Below, in pieces: positions 56,978 through 64,000 of a DNA stretch of 64,000 bases. The notes below the pieces were generated by a model, which was not told the DNA's origin, made no database searches, and saw only the letters and a program-made list of their open reading frames with translations. Origin of the DNA: a virus (lineage: Duplodnaviria > Caudoviricetes). The stretch covers positions 1-64,000 of IMG/VR virus record IMGVR_UViG_3300031998_000003, one strand, 5' to 3'. A program made the position numbers and the translations under genes. Numbering within the stretch: the stretch's first letter is position 1; every line of letters starts with the position of its first letter.

Positions 56978-59638
56978 TCAATTTGATTTGAATTTCGACA
57001 CTAGGTCTTTTGCAAAGTCTGCAATTGTTTGAGCAGCTCTCATAATTGCAATACCCTTTTTCTTATGAATCAGATCCGGAGCACCATTCACAACTGGAGT
57101 TGCTTCAACATTTGTGCCTTGTGCAGAAACCTTAATGGCAAGCTCAGGTTTTTCTTTTGATTTCATCGTGAATGTTGGAATCATTGATCCACCAATGAAA
57201 TCAAATGCATCAGACAACATATTTCTCAACTGGTTTTGAACATTGAGAAGTGCTGCCGATGTTGCCGCCTCTTGTACAAGTGCTGACTCTTGAACGGAAT
57301 CATCGCTGGATAGCTTCTTTTTGAAGTCATCAAAAGTTTTTGCAATAAAGATGAGACGTTTGCCCTCAGGATTATCATGAATATTTATGAACATGCGCTC
57401 ATCGGACTTGGATGAATTACCCATGAGGATTTCATTACCAAAGCCATCATTTGCGAGTGCAATGAACTTACCACCATTGCCATCATAATCAAACGGATTT
57501 TCGATACTTCTCTCAATCTGTTTGGGTCCATAGAATTCGAAAGAACCGTGACGACTGTTTTTGTCATGTTTGACAGTAAAAGTCCCGGACTCTTCGTTGA
57601 CGAATTTCTTATAACTATCAGGGAGTTTCCGTCCGAGTTTATTTTCAACTGTGGTGAAGTCCAGACTCCTCGGTGCCGCAGCTTCTTGAACAGGTTTACC
57701 AGGATGATTCTTTTCAACCAGTTTCGCAACACCGGTTGCTTGTTGGACAAATGCTCGGATGAGACGCTTCGTTGCGTCAACACCGCTCTTATCCTGATCT
57801 GTACGCATGACCGCCATCAGATCAGATAGAAGCGCATTCAATTTCAGGAGCTGTTTGGTCTCTTCCTCATTGAAGACATCTTTCATTTTGGAAGCCTTGT
57901 GAACAACACGGTTCAGCTGTTTACCTTCCTTGCGGAATTCAGCACACAGCATTTCGATTTCCATGTCGCTGTCATTTAGGATTCCGAGCGTTTTTCTGAG
58001 GTGAATATCAAGCTCCTTACCGATATTACCTCGCGTCAGAAAAAAAGCTTCCTGAACTCCTTCGTCACCAGCTGGAAGTTCCGGAGCATTACCGTCAGGA
58101 GAATTCATGAAATCCTTTAGCTGCTGAACAGTCATCTTCTTCAGCTTTTCCTGACCTTGGGCAAGAAGCTCTTCGATTGTCATATTGTCGACATCAACAT
58201 CGGATGTTGCAGCTGCTTCATCACCGGCTGTATCCTCGCTGTTTGCATCAGCATCACCGATATCAGCATTGACATCATCTTCAGTTGGCATGTCGGTAGA
58301 ATCGATTGCGGAATCAGCGTCATTAGAACCATCATCGATACCATCGACATTCAGGCCCTCGTCTTCAGCCGCAGCATTCTTGGTTTCGTCAGAAACCTTT
58401 TCAGCAATCTCATCGGAAACGTTGTTTGGATCAGCAATTTCTTTCGGAGCAGCGTCACCTTCAGCAGGTGGTGCAGCATTCTCAGCTTCAGGAGCAGCTG
58501 CATTCGCATCAGGTTGTGTATTTTCATCACCGAATGAAACACTGCCGCCAGCAGATTCTGGAGTAGGCGCGGCATTCGGATCACCGAAGTCAATGGCTTC
58601 CTGAATATAATCGAATCTGTTACGTGAGAAACGATTTCTGACAACCGGCTCAGCTTGTGCAGCTTCCATCGCCATCTGTTCTTTGATGATCTGACGAGCT
58701 TTCTTTGGGGTGATTGCCTTTAGGCTTTCGATCTTACCAGGATTGATCTGCTTAAACTGATTATCGGAAGCATTGGTGAGTTTTCCATCACCCTTCTTTC
58801 CCTTCTTGATAACCATCTCCCAGCTCAAGAACTTCTTATCATCAACACCGTCAATCTCGAATTCGATCGCGATACAATAGCGATCAATCGGATCAACAGG
58901 AACGATGAGGGCTGTTGGAGTGACCTTGTCCCAGATCTCCTCAACGGACTTGCAGCCGCACATACCACCCCACGCATCAAATGCAACTTCCTGGCATGCG
59001 ATTGTACGAGACTGATCGGACATGAAGATCTGGATTGCTTCAAGCTGCTTATGAGTGATACGGTTCTTCCTATCGACCTGATATGCAACTGAGAGTTTCA
59101 CATAATGGTGATCATTGCCCTTGTAGCTTCCGAAATCCATTGTAACAGAAGACGGTACACGTTTATCATCGATCGGAATCTTGTCGAAGCCGAAGAGTCC
59201 TTCCTGAATCAGATAATCACGATACTTCTGATACTCGGCTTCAGCATATGTCTTACACCGTGACTCAAAGACGCCTTGAGTTTCACGCCCGAACGGCACA
59301 AGCGTATCACATGCTTCCTGATAGAAGTCGTCAAACGTCTTCATCAGGCCGAGATCTACGGATTCCTGAACAGTCGCATCCATTGGAACATCAACAACAC
59401 GACCGTCCAACAGGTTCAACTCGACGGATGTGATTTCCGGATTGTCTTCAAGCGGAATATCAACATTCGCGAATTGACGTGGACCGTTTGTTGCAGTTCC
59501 TTCAAGCGACAAGTCGTCAAACTCTTGGAAGAGATGTGCGCAATCCAGAATAGCTTGGTCCATCAGCTGCTCCTGAACTGCTTCTTGCTGTGGTGCAGGG
59601 TTCATTTCTTGCAGCTGTTGCTTAATGTAATCAAGCAT
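56978..59638 (-). CDS. Probable head polyprotein with many xQE motifs, an acidic linker and a SUKH (SMI1/KNR4) domain
   Basis: About 14 QE dipeptides, most preceded by V/I/Y/F/L; VENKLGRKLPDSYKKFV...FIALANDGFGN is a SMI1/KNR4 signature. Confidence 0.72.
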   Translation of the reverse strand: MLDYIKQQLQEMNPAPQQEAVQEQLMDQAILDCAHLFQEFDDLSLEGTATNGPRQFANVDIPLEDNPEITSVELNLLDGRVVDVPMDATVQESVDLGLMKTFDDFYQEACDTLVPFGRETQGVFESRCKTYAEAEYQKYRDYLIQEGLFGFDKIPIDDKRVPSSVTMDFGSYKGNDHHYVKLSVAYQVDRKNRITHKQLEAIQIFMSDQSRTIACQEVAFDAWGGMCGCKSVEEIWDKVTPTALIVPVDPIDRYCIAIEFEIDGVDDKKFLSWEMVIKKGKKGDGKLTNASDNQFKQINPGKIESLKAITPKKARQIIKEQMAMEAAQAEPVVRNRFSRNRFDYIQEAIDFGDPNAAPTPESAGGSVSFGDENTQPDANAAAPEAENAAPPAEGDAAPKEIADPNNVSDEIAEKVSDETKNAAAEDEGLNVDGIDDGSNDADSAIDSTDMPTEDDVNADIGDADANSEDTAGDEAAATSDVDVDNMTIEELLAQGQEKLKKMTVQQLKDFMNSPDGNAPELPAGDEGVQEAFFLTRGNIGKELDIHLRKTLGILNDSDMEIEMLCAEFRKEGKQLNRVVHKASKMKDVFNEEETKQLLKLNALLSDLMAVMRTDQDKSGVDATKRLIRAFVQQATGVAKLVEKNHPGKPVQEAAAPRSLDFTTVENKLGRKLPDSYKKFVNEESGTFTVKHDKNSRHGSFEFYGPKQIERSIENPFDYDGNGGKFIALANDGFGNEILMGNSSKSDERMFINIHDNPEGKRLIFIAKTFDDFKKKLSSDDSVQESALVQEAATSAALLNVQNQLRNMLSDAFDFIGGSMIPTFTMKSKEKPELAIKVSAQGTNVEATPVVNGAPDLIHKKKGIAIMRAAQTIADFAKDLVSKFKSN

Positions 59639-59715
59639 TTACTATCGCTCCTTTTCATTAAAATTTTTATGAATGAAAACATACATTGTTTTCAAGAACG
59701 GCGAGGATATACGAT

Positions 59716-59862
59716 TTATAAGATGACACCGAATACTTCCAGAAAGATCTCTGAAACCATGTCTGGAGTTAACTCTGTAATACCGATGTCTTCCAATTCC
59801 ATTCCCTCTTCCAAGGTTACACCATTGATCGAGGGTTTGTTTTCGAGATCTTCGTAATTCAC
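59716..59862 (-). CDS. Small virion-type protein (48 aa)
   Basis: GTG start with RBS GAGGTG; NYEDLENKPSINGVTL is a motif type seen in phage tail proteins. Confidence 0.55.
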   Translation of the reverse strand: MNYEDLENKPSINGVTLEEGMELEDIGITELTPDMVSEIFLEVFGVIL

Positions 59863-59892
59863 ACTTATCACCTCTTGAAAGGAGCAAATTTC

Positions 59893-61818
59893 ATGAATCC
59901 ATATCATGCATATTTAAACTCCATATTTGAAATGTATATGCAGACACATCCGAATGCGAATCCAGATAAAGTAAAGCAGCATATACAAGATCTGACTGAT
60001 CAGCATTTTAAAGACATACCGTGTAATCTACACAACAACCTTACAGATGAACGTGTTGACACGACTGTCTGCAATGTATTTGACTGGATAGATCAACGAC
60101 AACCGATCATTTCTGGTAATGCAACATTCTTCAAACAACATGAAGAGCAGTTGGCTCCGATTGTTGTTATGCTGGAAACTCTTCAGAAGGAAAGAAAATC
60201 CGTCAAGAAAGAAATGTACAAATACGACAAAAAGTCAGTTGAGTATGCTTTGTTGAATACTGAGCAGGGTTCAATCAAGGTCATTATGAATGCTGACTAC
60301 GGCGGGTCTGGAACGACGTTGTCTGCATTCTATTCGTGCTATATACCACCGGCAACAACCGGATCGGCACGTGTAATGACCACGACCTTAATCTGCTGTT
60401 TGGAAATGCTCTCAGGAAACAAGAATAAATGGGCAAAGATCCAAACGATTAATGGATTATACGATTTCATCAATATCGTATTAACAGACACCGAAGAACG
60501 AGCCTTGATCAATGATGTTTATTCTGTCGACGAGGTTGTAGCACAACTGATGTCATTTGTACAGCAATATACTATTAGAGATATTGACGTATTGAAGATG
60601 TATATTGCGACATTGACGAATGAACAGCGAACAAAGCTGATGCTGGCGTTTAATGTCAAGCTTGTTCTGACGAAATATGTTGCAAATGAAGTTGCTGATG
60701 TTATGAAATATTTGAAGTCACATAAGCTGGATCTAAATAACATCACAGAAGAGACTTTAAAGATTTCTGGATTCGGTTTGGAGATCCCACCGGAAATCAA
60801 AGCACCTGTTGAAGTCATAAACAAGCTCGTTGCAGACAACTGTTGCTATCCATTTATCCTGAACGATAATGAGATTCGTGCCGCTGAAATGGAACGTCTG
60901 ATTGTGTGTGTTACAGATACCGATTCACTGATGGTACACTTTGCACATTATCTCGATGAGTTCCAAGCACATGTTCCAAACTTCCGTGACAGTTGTCTGA
61001 TTGCAACAGCATTGGGTATGCGTTTGTTTGTCGAAACAATCATTCCTCGGATGGTTGTATACTTAACCAGAGGATGCAATATCAAAGACAAATATTATTC
61101 AGACAAGTTCGTGTTCAAGAATGAGTTCGGCTTCCTGGCAATGGCATTAATTGCAAAGAAAATGTATGCGTCATCAATGTTTGTTCAGGAAGGAAACCCG
61201 AGAGATATTCACGATATCGCTGTATCAGGTTTGTCATTTAAGAAACGAGATTCTGCTGAGTTCTTGGAGCCTGTTATGGTAAATCTTTATGACAAATATG
61301 TGTTGACAAACGATCATGTTCGTCCAGATGGAATTTTGGATGAATATGATGCACTGCGACATAAAATCTTGGGTGAATTGGATCAACACACAGGATATTA
61401 TCAGGTACAGAGTATCAAAGATGTTTCTGCATATTCTGCTGATAAAGTTCTCCCTGAACAGATGCGTGGTGCATTGGTCTGGAATGCAGTCATGCCTGAC
61501 GAACAGCTTCTTCCGATGGACCGTGTTATCGTGGTACGTCTATCATTTGATTTGATGCGAAAGTATGCCTCTAGTAATCCGAAGATTGCGGAAGTATTGC
61601 GATTGTCATTAATTAATAATGAGAAAGAAAAGTATGATCCGTTTATCTGTTTACCGGAGAACTACAAGGAACTGCCCGACTGGATTAAGCCAATCATTGA
61701 TAAAGAAGGAACGACTGATCGTTTGCTGACACCGTGCAAACAGCTGTTGAGTTTGTTCGATATCATGGTTGCTGAAACCAGAGCTGGAGTTGTTTCGTCC
61801 AGAATGATCTATTTATAA
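59893..61818 (+). CDS. Family B DNA polymerase, C-terminal subunit (motifs B and C)
   Basis: Motif B KVIMNADYG, motif C VTDTDSL, FKNEF, AKKMY, SGLSFKK; lacks exonuclease and motif A. Confidence 0.85.
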   Translation: MNPYHAYLNSIFEMYMQTHPNANPDKVKQHIQDLTDQHFKDIPCNLHNNLTDERVDTTVCNVFDWIDQRQPIISGNATFFKQHEEQLAPIVVMLETLQKERKSVKKEMYKYDKKSVEYALLNTEQGSIKVIMNADYGGSGTTLSAFYSCYIPPATTGSARVMTTTLICCLEMLSGNKNKWAKIQTINGLYDFINIVLTDTEERALINDVYSVDEVVAQLMSFVQQYTIRDIDVLKMYIATLTNEQRTKLMLAFNVKLVLTKYVANEVADVMKYLKSHKLDLNNITEETLKISGFGLEIPPEIKAPVEVINKLVADNCCYPFILNDNEIRAAEMERLIVCVTDTDSLMVHFAHYLDEFQAHVPNFRDSCLIATALGMRLFVETIIPRMVVYLTRGCNIKDKYYSDKFVFKNEFGFLAMALIAKKMYASSMFVQEGNPRDIHDIAVSGLSFKKRDSAEFLEPVMVNLYDKYVLTNDHVRPDGILDEYDALRHKILGELDQHTGYYQVQSIKDVSAYSADKVLPEQMRGALVWNAVMPDEQLLPMDRVIVVRLSFDLMRKYASSNPKIAEVLRLSLINNEKEKYDPFICLPENYKELPDWIKPIIDKEGTTDRLLTPCKQLLSLFDIMVAETRAGVVSSRMIYL

Positions 61819-61836
61819 GGAAAGGAGGTGTACATT

Positions 61837-62385
61837 ATGGATGAAGAGCTGTACACCTGGCTGGAGTCATTTTCAGGTGCATCGTATGATCTCACGAGCA
61901 CAATCTATTCGATTGAAGCCACATTACCATTCATATCTCCGTTTGACTGGAGAACTTCGATTGACAATGTTCTCGAACAGATGGATGAGGCTTGTGCGGT
62001 TATTGAGAAATACGGTAAGAGTCTTCCGGACAATCTTCCCAATAAGCAGGAAGCAAAGCGTCAGTATGTAATGACCGTGCTCGGTATGCTTGTGGATAAT
62101 GTCCGTGCCGTATGCCGACAACTGAATATCGATATCGATGATATCACGACGGTTGATAAGTTGAAAGACATCGTATTGGCTTTGTCTGAGCTGATTGATA
62201 TGTTCATCAACAATGATATCGACACGATCAAAAAAGATGGATTGTATGATCAGCATGAGGATGATAATGACGACTCATTCAGAGAAATCCTGAATGTTGA
62301 TGAACGTGATCTTGTGCAACTTTCGTACAATGTATCACAGATCAGATCCACATATTTCATGACCCTTGATGATGATTCCGAATAA
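61837..62385 (+). CDS. Hypothetical protein
   Basis: RBS AAGGAGG. Confidence 0.7.
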   Translation: MDEELYTWLESFSGASYDLTSTIYSIEATLPFISPFDWRTSIDNVLEQMDEACAVIEKYGKSLPDNLPNKQEAKRQYVMTVLGMLVDNVRAVCRQLNIDIDDITTVDKLKDIVLALSELIDMFINNDIDTIKKDGLYDQHEDDNDDSFREILNVDERDLVQLSYNVSQIRSTYFMTLDDDSE

Positions 62386-62447
62386 CAATAATAGTATTTC
62401 GTGAATTAACATCACTATACCACACTTTATGCGAGGAGGAAATAACA

Positions 62448-63020
62448 ATGCCTTTCCAGAATTCCAATTTCGGAGGAAACTCCAACAACCAGCAGCAAGA
62501 CGGTGAGAAGAAGAAAACAAATTATCGTCTTGGACGTTTCTACGGATCCGATGCAATCCTTGAGGTGTCCGTTTGGATCTCGAACTCTTCGGTCAACACG
62601 ATTCTCCAGATCAAGTCTGCAGTCGGTAAAGACCCGAGCACTGGACAGAACGTGTACGAGAACAAGGGTCCGATGGAAATCCCGCGTGTGTTCTTGAAGC
62701 CGGATCAGCTCCGGTTATTCACCGACTATATCAAGACACATGATTCAATCGACTGGTCGCCAAGTGATAATTCCCACATCACAATTACCGGCATCAACAA
62801 TGGTGACATCAAGATTACCATTGCTGAGAAGAAACATCCACAACCGCGCACAATCACGTTCCCAGCAATTCCTGTCAGCAACGGTAATGTCCAGAATGGA
62901 AACTGGGAGAACATTCTGACAATTCTGGACATCGCACTCGACAGAGCACTGTTGATCAAGCTGAATCCGGATGCTTTCTCCGACGCAAACCCGACGGCAA
63001 CCGATGATCTCCCGATCTGA
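62448..63020 (+). CDS. Probable single-stranded DNA-binding protein
   Basis: Asn/Gln-rich N-terminus, beta-rich core, acidic C-terminal tail DDLPI resembling SSB tails; next to the polymerase gene. Confidence 0.5.
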   Translation: MPFQNSNFGGNSNNQQQDGEKKKTNYRLGRFYGSDAILEVSVWISNSSVNTILQIKSAVGKDPSTGQNVYENKGPMEIPRVFLKPDQLRLFTDYIKTHDSIDWSPSDNSHITITGINNGDIKITIAEKKHPQPRTITFPAIPVSNGNVQNGNWENILTILDIALDRALLIKLNPDAFSDANPTATDDLPI

Positions 63021-63642
63021 GATACTGGACTGGTCTTTCATTGGAAAAGAAGGGTTGATCATCCAATTCGAAGACCTAGTATCGTTTATCGGCTGGAACG
63101 CCTCTGAGTATATCAATAATGCTCAGGGGCGTCCTGTCTCTAAAACAAAGGATGAACGTCTGGTAGATTACATTAATCGATTGGACTATGATATTCCTGC
63201 GTTTGTCAAAGAGACAACTGGTGTTGATATCACCATGGAACAATTGATCAACTCGAAACACGCAACACCACCAAACGTATTATATGCGTTCAGAATGTTC
63301 AAGGCTTCCGTGGACAACGGATTGACAAACCTGATGATTCATTCAAATGTATATTCTCCGTTGTTGGAATCGTATATTAAAGAGGCTGTCAAAGAGGCCA
63401 AATATGTACACGGGGATATTGTCCCCGTGTTAAAAGACAATCCTAACTGCACGTATACGACTTCCGATCCCGCAAACATACGAAAGTGTGTAAATGTCGG
63501 AGTGCCGTTCGCTTTAACAATTTGCGACGACTTCATGTACGTTGCAGACGTCGTGACTGACGACAAATTGCTGAATCAACTCAAAGAACAGAATGTGTTT
63601 GTTCAATATACAAGCATAATGGGAAGTGGATTGATTCGGTAG
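63004..63642 (+). CDS. Hypothetical protein (possibly degenerate HAD-like)
   Basis: The ATG overlaps the end of the previous gene; in operon. Confidence 0.6.
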   Translation: MISRSEILDWSFIGKEGLIIQFEDLVSFIGWNASEYINNAQGRPVSKTKDERLVDYINRLDYDIPAFVKETTGVDITMEQLINSKHATPPNVLYAFRMFKASVDNGLTNLMIHSNVYSPLLESYIKEAVKEAKYVHGDIVPVLKDNPNCTYTTSDPANIRKCVNVGVPFALTICDDFMYVADVVTDDKLLNQLKEQNVFVQYTSIMGSGLIR

Positions 63643-63672
63643 CATATCACTCGCACGAAAGGGAGGAACAAT

Positions 63673-64000
63673 GTGAAAGAACCGGTAAACAAGACTATGT
63701 TGTACTTGTATGATCCAGAAGCCGAATACACGTACAACGCTGCACATGGTACTGTATATGAGTACAATGGTTTCCCAACTGGATGGAACGGTCGAAAATA
63801 CAAGAAGACTCGATTCATTGGATGGGAACCGATCCCTGAGGATATCATTATTCGTCATGCAGGTTCACAAATCTTTGTGAACTTCTCGGCATTGTTCCCT
63901 GATAATGTTATCGATCCTGCGATTCAATTGTTTCAGATGAGAACGAGAAGACTCGATCTTCAGAATCTGATTTGTGAACAGATCAATTTCTTCACGGCTT
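63673..64000 (+). CDS. 5' part of a gene running off the window; possibly the non-virion RNAP promoter-specificity subunit
   Basis: RBS GGGAGG, GTG start, open frame VKEPVNKTML...WEPIPEDIII...ICEQINFF to the edge. The identity is inferred only from position after pol/SSB and recalled resemblance. Confidence 0.4.
   Translation, partial: MKEPVNKTMLYLYDPEAEYTYNAAHGTVYEYNGFPTGWNGRKYKKTRFIGWEPIPEDIIIRHAGSQIFVNFSALFPDNVIDPAIQLFQMRTRRLDLQNLICEQINFFTA

Noticed and set aside
1-64000. CRISPR arrays, tRNA/tmRNA genes, group I/II introns, alternative genetic code
   Set aside because: No regularly spaced repeats, no T-arm/CCA cloverleafs, no intron core motifs seen by eye; long ORFs read intact in code 11.

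Overview
This window looks like part of a jumbo-phage genome of the phiKZ/AR9(PBS1)-like kind that encodes its own multisubunit RNA polymerases. The host is probably a Bacillota (clostridial-type) bacterium, judged from strong GGAGG/AAGGAG RBSs and Gram-positive-type amidase/CHAP lysins; standard code 11 fits. It encodes two RNAP subunits (beta-like 50628-54800 and a beta' C-terminal part 19626-21554), a family B DNA polymerase split into two genes about 49 kb apart, GyrA/ParC, an SF2 helicase, a DHH phosphoesterase, a probable SSB, a gp25-like baseplate protein, three tail-fibre genes, a 2653-aa virion protein, head proteins, two lysins and two holin-like genes. Two promoter classes can be read from the DNA: ATATATYATT (early-like, mostly + strand) and AAAC-N7-TAA (late-like, mostly - strand). 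They often sit back-to-back. The most notable observations are: (1) an intein in an endolysin, inserted at its catalytic Zn-ligand Cys; (2) head polyproteins carrying cargo modules (two permuted papain-like domains, a SUKH/SMI1 domain) bracketed by repeated hydrophobic-Q-E putative protease sites; (3) three unannotated structured intergenic RNA candidates, one with a pseudoknot and complementary kissing loops. All calls come from reading motifs by eye; no database searches were run.
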